From contig NC_086108.1 of assembly GCF_963921235.1 (NCBI RefSeq), positions 109,370,001 through 109,434,000 on the forward strand: DNA of 64,000 nucleotides. The letters are read 5' to 3'. The DNA is from Mobula hypostoma. Lineage: Eukaryota. The translations under genes were made by a program, and so were the position numbers. Under the pieces are notes generated by a model. It did not search any database. It was not told the origin of the DNA and worked only from the letters and a program-made list of their open reading frames with translations. Shown here one piece after another: positions 26,041 to 38,035 of the stretch. The first letter of the stretch is position 1. Every line of letters starts with the position of its first letter.

Positions 26041-26300
26041 ATAAACTTCTAACAGATCTCCCCTCAGTCTCCAGCACTCCAGAGAAAAGAACCCAAGTTT
26101 CTTCAACCTCTCGTTATGTCATATACTCTCTAATCCAGGCAACATCCTGGTAAACCTCTTCTGCACCCTCTCCAAAGCCTTCACATACTTCCTGTAATGG
26201 GTGACCAGTACTGTATGCACCACCAATAACCCTGACCACCCATTCCAGGCACCCAGCATTCTCTGTATAAAATGAACTTGACATGTACATCTCCTTTAAA

Positions 26301-26488
26301 AAAAGGATTTTCACTGACATCTTGATAACAAACTCTGCCATCTTCATCAGGGCTGATGTCTGGGCATATACCACTGAACTAGACATGCCCAGGCATCATC
26401 CCTAATGAAGATGGCAGAGTCTGTCATCGAAGTGTCATTTCAAATCGATACCTGTACTCGGCTGGAAGCCCGAGAAGAGTTTATTCAT
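26301..26488. mobile_element. Palindromic insertion from a second Penelope-like family, with a hammerhead-like core
   Basis: Inverted arms (actctgccatcttcatcaggg...tgggcat versus atgccca...ccctaatgaagatggcagagt) and a one-sided tail ending gaagagtttattcat. Flanks catctcctttaaa and catctattttaaa resemble a decayed TSD. Confidence 0.7.
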
Positions 26489-27614
26489 CTATTTTAAACT
26501 TTCACCGACTCACCTTAAATGCACGCTTGAACTCTTGATATTTCTACCCTGGGAGAAAGATTCTGACAATCTATCCTATAGTGAATATATAAACAGAAAT
26601 TAATTAGCTGGTAATTAGTGTATTAATGTCAAATGTACCAAGATATAGTGAATAGCTTTTGTGCCATCTGGATAGGCTGTCCCATGCATAAGTACAAGGA
26701 GAAAGACACAGAATGAAGAATAAAGTGTAACAGTCACAGAGGAAGGGACGATAAAGTGCCAAGCCATGATGAGGTAGATTGTGAGATCAAGCATTCATCT
26801 TATTGTACAACAGTGGGATAACAACTGGCTTTGTATCTTCTCCTAATAGAAGAAGGAGAAAAGAGAATGTCCGGTCTATGACAGATCTTTCATTATTTTG
26901 GCTGCTTTCCTGAGGCAGTGAAGTGTTCGGGGGGTGGGGGAAGAGCGAGGCTGGTTTCTGCGATGGACTGAACTATGGCATCAACTCTCTGCAGTTCCTT
27001 GTGTGGCCATGGGTACCTACCCTCCTCAACCCCTGGGGCAGACAATTCCTGTGCTATAGAACACTACAGCACAGAAACAGGCCTTTTGGCCCATCTAATG
27101 CATGCCGAACTATTAATCTGCCTGGTCCCATCAACCTGCACCCGCATCACAGTCCTCTATATCCTTCCCACCCATGTACCTGTCCAAATTCCTCTTCAGT
27201 GTTGACATCAAACCCACACCCACCACTTCTGCTGGCAGCTTATTCCACACTCTCACCACCCTCTGAGTGATGAAGTTCCCCCTCATGTCCTCCTTAACAT
27301 TTCATCTTTCACCCTTAATCCATGATCTCCCAGTCTAGTCTCATCCAACCTCAGCAGAAAAAGCCTGCTTGTATTAACACCATCTATCCTTCATTCATTA
27401 TGTGCCGTGTCAGATGACATGGGTGATAGAAACATAGAAACATAGAAATCTACAGCACATTACAGGCCCTTTGGCCCACAATGTTGTGCTGACCATGCAA
27501 CCTACTCTAGAGACTGCCTAGAATTTCCCTACCACACAGCCCTCTATTTTTCTAAGCTCCATGACCCTATCTGCCTCTACCACCTTTGCTGGCAGTGCAT
27601 TCCACGCACCCACC

Positions 27615-27930
27615 ATGCTTTCCATGACCATGATTGTTCTTGGCAAATTTTACTACAGAAGTGGTTTGCCATTGCCTTCCTCTGGGCAATAGTTGGGTGA
27701 TCCCAACTATTGTCAATACTCTTCAGAGATTGTCTGCCTGGCATCAGTGGTCACATAACCAGGACTTGTGATTATGGACCAGCTGCTCATACGACCATCC
27801 ACCACCGGCTCCCATGGCTTCGCATGACCCTGCTCGGGCGCTAAGCAGGCGCTACACCTTGCCCAAGGCTGACCTGCAGGCGAGCGGAGGGAAGGAGCGC
27901 CTTTTGGTACAGACGTAGCCCCACCCCACC
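27615..27930 (-). mobile_element. RTE-related non-autonomous retroposon; its 3' end at about 27390-27427 is separated by a CR1 tail insertion
   Basis: Reverse-complement homology to 25657-26040. Confidence 0.8.
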
Positions 27931-29149
27931 ACCTGACCCTACCTATATCCCTCATAATTATAGAGTTAATGGACTCAACTCCCCGCCATCTCACAGACTC
28001 GTTCGGATGAAAGCATTGACAGCATAACCCAAGAAAAAAAACTGCTCTGTGATCTGCAGCAAATCACCTAAAACTGAATTAGTGCCTGTAAAATATTCCC
28101 CAACTCTCTCCTGCATGCTTAATAATGACTTTGCATTGTCATGTCAGCCAAGCCTTCGAGTCGGGAGCTTTGCTTCCGTGCATGGATGGGCATGAAAAAT
28201 TAGTAGCTGATTGATCATGTTGCAATGAGACTGGCTTTTATACGCGTGGCATTTAAGTAGGGAAGCAGCCATTGACTTAGTAATCCCATGCGCAACACTT
28301 GTCCTATCACAGCAGGCGAAGGTAAAGTCAAGTACAGTATTTGTCAGTATGTCACGCTGATCTGGTTCCGTCCCTGAAGGTAGATTTCTGTCAACCTATT
28401 TGGTTTCCAGCAAGTCAGCCCACTGATGTTATTGTACAAGTTTCCCCGGGGAGGAGTCGAGGAGGGCTTTTGCATTCATATGAAGGCACAGATTTCAGAT
28501 ACACTTCACAGACAGCCGATTGTCAGAGCGAGACTGACTGACGGAATCATGGCTTGGAATAAAGCGGCGTAAACACACAGTAATGTATTTTGTCATTCGC
28601 AATCACGGGTTTAAAAGCCTCCTCACAGGTGGATAAGCGGAATGAAAGGCAAATCGCTGCCTTGTTTTCAAATGTTAACTGCGTACATAAACAATGAATC
28701 AGAACCAGAATCCGGTTTATTATCACTGACATATGTCAGGAAATGTGTTGGTTTGCAGAAGCAGTACAACACAACACATAAAATATGCTATAAATTACAA
28801 TAAGCTATATATATAGAACATAGAAATCCTTTGTCCTTCTCTAGAGACTACCTAGAATTTCCCCAGTGCATAGCCCTCTATTGATCTAAGCTCCATGTAC
28901 CTATCTAAATGCCTCTTAAAAGACCCCATTGTATCTGCTTCCACCACCACAGCTGGCGGTGCATTCCACACATCCACCACCCTGTGTGAAAAACTTGCCT
29001 CTGACATCATTAAATAAAGAGTTCAGAAAGAAGGTGAAATAGTGAGATGGTGTTTCGCCAGAGTGGCGAATCTGTGGAATTCATTGCCATCGGCGGCTGT
29101 AGAGGCCGAGTCATTTACGGACAAACACTGGACAGATACTGGACTGGAA

Positions 29150-29300
29150 ACCCAAGCAACACCCACACAATGCTGGAGGAACTCAGCAGGCCAGGCAGCA
29201 TCTGTGGGGAAAGAGTACGGTCAACATTTCGGGCTGAGACACTTCAGCAGGACTGATTTAAGGTGGGGAGAGGGGAGGGGGAAACACAAGGTGCAAAGAG
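29150..29300 (-). mobile_element. Penelope terminal repeat fragment
   Basis: gcaacacccacacaatgctggaggaactcagcaggccaggcagcatct...tttcgggctgagacacttcagcaggactg. Confidence 0.75.
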
Positions 29301-29652
29301 TCGGAGGGCCACAGAGATCACAGAGCGGGAGCAGTGAGAGAGGGCTTCACTGAACTCCTGTTGAAGGGAAAACTTAAACTTCTTCGGGGTAGGCATCCCT
29401 GGCAGGGACTTTGCGGTTTAGTAATCCAATCACAAACAAAAGAAGATCTGCAGATGCGTATACTTAATTTAAGGAAGAGGTTGATAGATTCTTGATGAGT
29501 CAGGACATGAAAGGATATGGGGAGAAGGCTGGACTGGAGACTGAGAAGGGAAATGGATCAGACATAATGAGATGGCAGAAGTGATGGGCCAAAAGGCCCA
29601 ATTCTGCTCCTATATCTTGCGGTGTAATGGTCTGATGGTGCTCATAGTATCA

Positions 29653-29953
29653 GCACAGTGGTGTAGTGGTTAGCACAATGCTTTGCAGTACCAGTGACTC
29701 AGGTTCAATTCCAGCCCGCTGTTTGGAAGGAGTTTATACATTCTACCCATGAATGCGTGGGTTTCCCCCTGAGTCCTCCAGTCCGCCCCCGCCCCCCCCC
29801 CACAATCCAAAGACTACTGTTTCATAGGTTAATTAGTCATCGTAAATTGTCCCACGATTAGGCTGGGTTTAAATCAGGGGTTTACTGGGCGGTGCGGCTC
29901 ATTGAGCTGGAAGGGCCTGTTCAGTGCTGTATCTCAATAAAGAAATAAATAAA
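29653..29953 (+). mobile_element. V-SINE
   Basis: A box tggtgtagtggttagcac, B box ggttcaattcc, and aataaa tail. Confidence 0.85.
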
Positions 29954-29971
29954 GATCCTTTGTCCATCCAG

Positions 29972-30880
29972 AAATCTGAATCAGAATCAGGTTTAATCCT
30001 TCTGGCATATGTCATGAAATTCATTGTCTTGTGACAGTCATACTGTGCAATACATAACAATAAAAAACGATAAACGACAATAAATATGCATAGAAAAAGA
30101 AAAAAATAAGTATTACAAAAAGAGGACAAAAAAGGTAGTGAGGTAGTGTGCCTGGGTTCAGTGTCCAGTCAGAAATCTGATGGCAGAGGGGAAGAAGCTG
30201 TTCCTGAATCGCTGAGCGTGTGCCTTCAGGCACCTGTACCTCCGGTCTGATGGTAGCAATGAGAAGAGGGTATGTCCAAGATGGGGGTCCTTACTGATTC
30301 TTTTTTGAGGCATCGCCTTTTGAAGGTGTCCTCGATGCTAGGGACGCTGGTGCTCATGATGAAGCTGGCTGAATTTACAACTTTCCGCAGCTTTTCCCAG
30401 TCCTGTGCAATGGCCCCTCGTTACCAAGAGGGGATGAAACATCGAGTGCCTGTCTGTCTGCCGGCTCCTGTACCTCCTCTGCCATCAATGCACCAGGAGA
30501 CTGGTGTGGAACAAGCAGAGATATTCTTTAAACCAAGTTCTGGTGGTAATGAGAAGAGGGCATGTCCTGGGTGATGGGGATCCTTCATGATGGACGTCAT
30601 AGTGATACTTTATTGATCCCGGGGGAAATTGGTTGCCGCCTTTTTGAGGCATGACCTTTTGAAGATGTCCTCGATGCTGGGGAGGCTGGTGCCCATAATG
30701 GAGCTGGTTGAGTTTGCAACCCTCTGCAGCTTTTTCCGATCCTGTGCAGTGGCCCCTCCGTACCAGATGGTCATGCAGCCAGTCAGAAAGCTCTCCACGG
30801 TATCTCCGTAGAAATTTGCTAAAGCTTCTGGTGGCATATAAAATGTGTATGACTTTGCAAAAATATGTTCCAAACTTGTG
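29972..30880 (-). mobile_element. Two tandem Rex1/Babar 3' fragments
   Basis: ORF 30610..30960 has NFYGDTVESFLTGCMTIWYGGATAQDRKKLQRVANS; a second copy lies at 30130-30430. Confidence 0.88.
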
Positions 30881-31539
30881 CTCCTCGCCCACACACCCCA
30901 ACCCTTCCAACAGTTTTGTAAGCAGAGTCTGTAGAGGGGATCGGCACTGTAGGGTAGCAACTTGCACGATGCTATTATAGCTCCAGCGACCAGCGTTCAA
31001 TACTCACTGCTGTCTGTAAGCAGTTTGTACGTTCTTCTGGTGACCACAAGGGTTTCCCCCTGGTGCTCCGATTTCCTCCCACGTTACAGAGATCTACAGC
31101 TTGGCCACATGGGTCTAATTGGGTGGTGCGGGCTCATTGGGAAGGAGGGGCCTGTTGTGCACTGTCTCTCAATTAAAATTAGAGTGTAATGCAGAGGTGG
31201 GGAGAAATCAAGTATGCTAATCCTTTACCAGAATTAAGCTGGAGAGTGAGAAAGGACTCTCTGTGTCATTCTGGTCTCAAACACAACAGTGCCTCTCATG
31301 TAATCTCTGTGAAATTATATTAATTGGATCATCAAAAAATAAAATATAATTGATAAAAATATCACTTTTCACAGATTTAGGAGATACTGAGATTAAATTT
31401 GAAACTCTTAGACAGGCTCTTGAACCAGAGGGGATAACTTCGCACACCCCAATATTGAACTGGTTTCTCAATCCTTCATCTCGATCTTGAGGACTCCACA
31501 ACTCGTGTTCTTGATTTTTATTGCTTCAATAAAGCGATA

Positions 31540-33065
31540 AAACTTCAAAGTAAAGTTATTATCAAAGTACATATATGTCACCACATACGACCCTGATACT
31601 CATTTCCTTGTGGGCATACTCAAAATAATCCATAAGAGAATAATAACCAAGACAGAATCAATGAAAGACTGCACCAGCTTGGGTGTTCAACCAGACAACA
31701 AACTGTGTAAATAAAAAAATCAAGAATTCATAATAATACATAAATAAGTAGTAAATATTGAGAACATGAGAGTAATAACTGTTCCTGAACCTGGTGGTGT
31801 GTGTCCAGTAGCTCCTGTACCTTCTTCCTGATAGCAGCAGCAAGATTCCTAGTTAGTGGGGGTCACTGATGATGGATGCAACAATGTTCCATGTTGCTGT
31901 GCTCAATCTTGAGGAGGGCTTTACCCGTGAGGGACTGGGCCATATCTACTTCTTTTTGTAGAATTTTCCATTCAAGGTCATTGGTGTTTGTATACAAGAC
32001 CAAGATGCAGCCAGTCAATACACTCTCCACTAAACATCTATAGAAGTTTGTCAAAGTTTCCGATGTCATGCTGAATCTTCGCAAACTCCTAAGGAAGTAG
32101 AGGCACTGCTGTGCTTTCTTCATGCTCTGCACATGTGCTGGGCCCAGGACAGATCCTCCAAAATAATAATACTGACAAATTGAAAGTTTCTGACCTTCTC
32201 CTACTCTGATCCTCCAATAAGGACTAGCTCTGGTTTCCTCCTCCTAAAGTCAATAATCAGCTCCTTGGTTTTGCTGACATTGAGTGAGAGGTTGTTGTTA
32301 CGACACTACTCAGCTAGATTTTCAATCTTCCTCCTATATGCTGATTCATCACCATCTTTGATTCAGCCAACGACAGTGGCGTCATCAGGAAACTTGAGTA
32401 TGATATTGGAGCTGTGCTTAGCAATGCAGTCAAAAGTACAAAGTAGTAAAACCAGAGGTTAAGCACACAGCCTTGCGGTGTACTTGTGCTGATGGAGATT
32501 GTGAAGGAGATGTTGTTGTCACTCCAAACTGACTGTGGTCTACAAGTGAGGAAATCGAGGATCCAATTGCACAAGAAGGTATTGAGGCCAAGGCCTTGAA
32601 GCTTATTGATTAGTTTTGAGCGGATGATAGAATTGAATGCTGAGCTGGGAATTGATAACGATCATCCTGACATTATGCATCTTCGCTGTCCAGATGCTCC
32701 AGGGTTGAATGAAGAACCAGTGAGATGGCATCTACTGTGGACCTGTTTCTCCTGTAGGTAAATTGGAGCTGACTCGAATCGTTTCTCAGGTAGGAGTTGA
32801 TATGTTTCATCACCAACCTCTCAAAACGCTTCATCACAGTGGATGTAAGTACTACTGGATGATAGTCATTGAGGTAGGTTACCATGTTCTCCTTGGACAC
32901 CAGTATAATTGAAGCCTGCTTGAAACAGGTGGGTACCTCAGACTGATGAAGCGAGAGGTTAAAGATCTCAGTAAACACTCCAGCCAGCCGATCAGCACAG
33001 GTTTTTAGTACTTGGCCAGTTACCCTGTTAGGGCCAGATGCTTTTTGTGGCTTCACCCTCCTGAA
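31540..33065 (-). pseudogene. Rex1/Babar LINE reverse transcriptase remnant (about 1.5 kb)
   Basis: ORFs have KASGPNRV...CADRLAGVFTEIFNLSL...QFTYRRNRSTVDAI (32673..33056), CNWILDFLT...PQGCVL (32314..32574) and KKAQQCLYFLRSLRRF (31863..32132). Confidence 0.92.
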
Positions 33066-33503
33066 GTCTGTTTAATTATAATAATTATTATTTTTTTCTT
33101 TTTTTTGTATATTTGCAGTTTGTTGCCTTTTGCACATTGGTTGTCTGTCTGTCCTTTTTGTATGGTCTTTCACTAGTTGTATTGTGGTCTCAGATTTACT
33201 GTGAATGCCCGCAAGAAAATGAACAGGACCGATTAACCAAGGATCAATAAAGTATGAAGTATAGACTATGACTATGACTACTATGACTGTAAACGGTGAC
33301 ATATGTGTACTTTGATAATCAATTTACTTTGAACTTTGTACTTTTTTCTTTTCTTTTTGTACTTGCACAATTTGTCTTTTGCACACTGCTTGTTTCTCCG
33401 TCTCTGTCGTGTGTGACTTCTCATTGACTCTCTTGTGTTTCTTTTTATCTACAGTGAATGCCCACAAGAAAATGAATCTCAGGGTAGTATATGGTGACAT
33501 ATA

Positions 33504-35074
33504 CAGTGCCTGTAAAAGTATTCACCTCCTTAGAAGTTTCATGTTTTATTGTTTTACAACATTTGGAATCACAGTATCTTTAACTTGACTTTTTTTGACA
33601 CTGATCAACAGAAAAACTCTTCATGTCAAAGTAACAGCCAATCTTAACAAAGTGATCTAAATTAATTACAAATATAAAACACAAAATAATTGACTGCATA
33701 AGTATTCACCCACTTTAATGTGACAGAACAATCATTGGTGCAGCCAATTGCTTGTAGACATCACATAATCAGTTAAATGGAGATCTGTTTTTGGAGACCT
33801 GTCTGCAGTCAAGGTGTTTCAATTGACTGTAGTAAAAATACATCAGTCTCTGGAAAGTCCATCTGCTGGTGAGTCAGTATCCTGGCAAAAACTGCACCAT
33901 GAAGGCAAAAGAACACTCCAAGCAACTCTGCAAAAAGGTTATTGAAAAGCACAAGTCAGGAGATGGATACAAGAAAATTTCCAAGTCACCGATTACAGTT
34001 AAGTCACTTATCAAGAACTGGAAAGAATATGGTAGAGCCGTAAATCTGCCTCAGGCAGGTCGTCCTCAGAAACTGAGTGACTGTGGAAGAAGAGGACTAG
34101 TGAGAGAGGCCACCAAGAAACCTATAACAACTCTAGAGGAGTTACAAGCTTCAGTGGCTGAGATGGGAGAGACTGCACATACAACAACTGTTGCCTGGCT
34201 ACTTCACCAGTCATAGCATTATTGGATAGTAGCAAAGAGAAAGCCGCTGTTGAAAAACTCTCTCATGAAATCTTGAATAACGTTTGCCAGAAAGCATGTG
34301 GGAGACTCAGAAGTCAGCTGGAAGAAGTTTCTATCGTCTGATGAAACCAAAATTGAGCTTTTTGCCATCAGACTAAACATAATGTTTCACATAAGCCAAA
34401 CACAACAGCAAAAACACACCAGCCCCACCGTGAAGTGTGGTGGCGGCTGCATCATGCTGGAAGGCTTGTGAAGGTAGAGGGTAAAACTAATGCAGCAAAA
34501 TACAAGGAAATCCTGGAGGAAAACCTGAAGCAGTCTGCAAGAAAACTGCAACTTGGAGAAGATTTGTTTTCCAGCAAAACAGTGACCCCAAGCATAAAGT
34601 CAAAGCTACACAGGAATAGCATAAAAACAACAAAGTTAATGTCCTAAAGTGGCTAAGTCAGGGTTCAGAACTCAATCCAGTTGAGAATTTGTAGCTGGGC
34701 TTGAAAAGGTCTGTTCACTCACAATCCCCATGCAATCTGATAGAGCTTGAGCAGTTTTGTAAAGAAAAATGGGGAGAAATTAGTGTCCAGATGTGCAAAG
34801 CTGCTAGAGACCTATCCACACAGACTCAAGGCTGTAATTGCTGCCAAAGATGCATTGACTTGAAGTGGGTGAGTACTTTTGCAATCAATTATGTTGTGTT
34901 TAATAATCATAATAAATTTAGACCAATTTGTAGAAATTTGTTTTCACTTTGACATGAAAGAGTCTTGTCTGTTGGTCAGTGTCAAAACAGCCAAATTAAA
35001 TCCACTGATTCAACATTGTAAAACAATAAAACTTGATAACTTCCAAGGGGGTTAATTACTTTTGATAGGCACTG
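33504..35074 (+). mobile_element. Full-length Tc1 DNA transposon with inactivated transposase (about 33899-34850)
   Basis: TA|CAGTGCC...GGCACTG|TA with roughly 200-bp imperfect TIRs. Peptides MKAKEHSKQL...GDGYKKISK, GRPQKLS, SDETKIE and LNPVEN, broken by stops and frameshifts. Inserted in a Rex1 3' tail. Confidence 0.93.
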
Positions 35075-35618
35075 TATGTAATTTGATAATAAATTTACCT
35101 TGAACTTTAGTTGAAAGCCATTTCCACCATGGGAAAAAGTCTCTGGCTGTCCACTCTGATCTATGCCTCTTATCATCTTGTACAAGTCTATCTATTCACC
35201 TCTCATCCTCCTCAACTCCAAAGAGAAATCTTGTAACTCGCTCAACCGCTCTAATCTAGGAAGCATTCTGGTAAATCTCTGCACCCTCTCTAAAGCTTCC
35301 ACATACTTCCCACAAAGGACAAATTCCAACACCAGAGGATACAGCTTTAAGGTAAGGGGGAGGGGGGAAGTTTAAAGGTGATGTGAGTGTCTAGTTTTTT
35401 TTTAATATTGAGAGTGATAGGTCCCTGGAATGGGTTACCTGGGGTAGTAATGGAAGCAAGTAATTTGCAGCAGTTTAAGAGGCTTTTAGGTAGACACATG
35501 AATACAAAGGCAAGAGATGGATGTTTGTGATTCACACAAGGAGAAATAAATTGGCATTGAGATTGTCATAACATTGTGGGCTGAATGGCCTCCCCAGGGA
35601 TGTACCATTCATGTGCTA

Positions 35619-36639
35619 CACTCAATGACCATTGTATTATGTGCACCTGTGCACCTACTCATTGATGCAATTATCTAATCAGCCAATCATGTGGCAGCAA
35701 CTTGATGCATAAAAGCATGCAGACATGGTCAAGAGGTTCAGTTGTTTTTCAGAACAAATATCCGAATGGGGAAGAAATGTTATCAAGGCCTGGTATGGAA
35801 ACACCAATGCTTTTGAATGGAAAATCCTACTAAAGTTAATGGCTTCAGCCCAGTACATCACAGGTAAAGCCCTTCCAACCATTGACCACATCTACGTGAA
35901 ACAGTGTAATAGGAAAGCAGCATTCATCATCTGAGATCCTCACTACCCAGGCCATGCTCTTTTCTGGCTACTGCCATCAGGTAGAAGGTACAAGAGACTC
36001 AGGACTCACACCATCCCTCAACCATCAGGATCTTGAACAAAAGGGGATAATTACAATCACACTCTCCATCACTGAAATGTTCCCACAACAAATGATCTCA
36101 CTTTAAGGACTCCTTATCTTGTTATTTCATGTTCTCATTATTTATTGCTATTTATTTATATTTTTATTTGCAGTATGTTATCGTCTACACTCTGGTTGAT
36201 TTTACATTGATCCTGTTATAGTTTGTATTCTAAAGATTTGCTGTAAATGCCCACAGGAAAGTAAATCTCAGAGTTGTATGTGGTGACATTCATGTGAACT
36301 GCTGATCTCCTGGGATTTTCATGCACAACAGTCTCTAGAGTTGAGAGAATGGTGTGAGAAACAAAAAAAAAAATCCAGTGTGTGGCAGTTCTGTGGGCAA
36401 AAACACCTTGTTAATGAGAGAGGTCAGAGGAGAATGGCCAGACTGGTTCAAGCTGACTGGAAGGTGACAGTAACGTTGATAACCACACATTACAACAGTG
36501 GTGTGCAGAAGAGCATCTCTGAATGCACAACACGTCGAACCATGAAGTGGATGGGCTACAGCAGCAGAAGAACATGGACACACAATAAATAGCCAATTTG
36601 TTAGGTACAGGAGGTAGCTAGTAAAGTGGTTACTGAGTG
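35619..36639 (+). mobile_element. Internally deleted Tc1 element interrupted by a Rex1 3' fragment (about 35782-36290)
   Basis: TA|CACTCAATGACCA...AAAGTGGTTACTGAGTG|TA. Peptide KHLVNERGQRRMARLVQAD...SISECTTRRTMKWMGYSSRR fits a Tc1 DNA-binding region. Confidence 0.82.
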
Positions 36640-36884
36640 TATGTTCTATATCTGAACCTGTGCATAAATTGAGCTTCCACCATGGACATTTTCATTAGGA
36701 AGACATGTCTTTGATGTATAAATTGAGTTCCATGAACACCGGGAATTAATAGTCAGCAGAGCGAGAAATTGCACAGTTTGCTTTTAATTAATTATCAACT
36801 AATAAAGAGACAAAATATCAGAAGGAGCATTCTGATTCCATAAGACAATCGCAGAAATTGGTGATAATTGGTGCTGCTAAAGAC

Positions 36885-37168
36885 ACTTCAGTGTAGCAGT
36901 TAGCGCAATGCTGTTACAACTCGGGGCGCCAGAGTTCGGAGTTCAATTCTAGCGTCCTCTGTAAGGAGTCTGTATGTCCTCCCAGTGGAGTGTGGAGATT
37001 TTCTCCAGGTGCTCCAGTTTCCTCCCACAATCCAAAGATGCACCAGTTAGGCTAATTTGTCCCGTGATTAGGTTAGGCTTAAATCGGACTGTCAGGGGTT
37101 GCTGGGTGGTGCGGCTCGAAGGCGCAGAAGGGCCTAATCTGTGCTGTAAGTTAAATAAATAAATAAAG
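36885..37168 (+). mobile_element. V-SINE
   Basis: gtgtagcagttagcgcaatgct, gagttcaattct, V-domain and (TAAA)n tail. Confidence 0.85.
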
Positions 37169-37589
37169 TGGTTCAAATCTGGTACGTGAGATTCTTGTAG
37201 TTTCTGATATTCATAGAATATAGAATATAGAAACTTACAGCATATTACAGGCCCTTCAGCCCATAATGTTGTGTCAACCATGTAACCTACTCTAGAAACT
37301 GCCTAGAATTGCCCTAACATGTAGCCCTCTATTTTTCTAAGCTCTATGTACCCACCTAAAAGGCTCTTAAAAGACCCTGTGGTATCTGCCTCCACCACCG
37401 TCGCCGGCAGTGCATTCCACGCACCCACCACTCTTGTGTGAAAAACCTACCCTTGACATCCCCCCAGTACCTATTTCCAAGCAGAATTTCCAAGATATTT
37501 GTGGAAAGTTGGTTTGGAAACAGTGAGTTGCCACGGGAGCCTCAACTTATTTACCTGAAGTAAACAATCAGGTGTCTCCATAGGGAAGG

Positions 37590-38035
37590 GAAGGGAAAAA
37601 AAAACAAAATGAAGAATTTCATGCACAGACTTTGATGAGACTCCATTTGGAACATTGTGTTCAGTTTTAGTCACCCAACTATAGAAAAGAGAATTCAGAG
37701 GAGATTTACAAGGATGTTACCAGGTCTCGAGGGATTGAATTATGGAGAAAGGCTGGGCATGCTGGGGCTTTTTTCATTTTACTGCAGAGGGATGAGGGAT
37801 GATCTCATAGAACTATACAGAATTATGGGGGGTATGGATAGAGTGAATGCAGATCTTTTCCTGGGACTGGGGAAAATCAAGAGCTACATGGGATTGGTTT
37901 ATGATGAGAAGAGAGTGATTTAATGGGAACCCGAGGGACAACATTTTCACCCAGAGAGTGGTCAGTATATGGAACAAGCTGCAGAGGAAGTGTTAAAGCA
38001 GGTATAATAACAAGTTTAGAAGACACTTGGATAGA
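37590..38035 (+). mobile_element. CR1 LINE fragment
   Basis: ORF 37657..37923 has RIQRRFTRMLPGLEGLNYGERLGMLGLFS...DLIELYRIM. Confidence 0.88.

Noticed and set aside
33869..34952. Active Tc1 transposase
   Set aside because: Split by several stops and frameshifts; non-functional.
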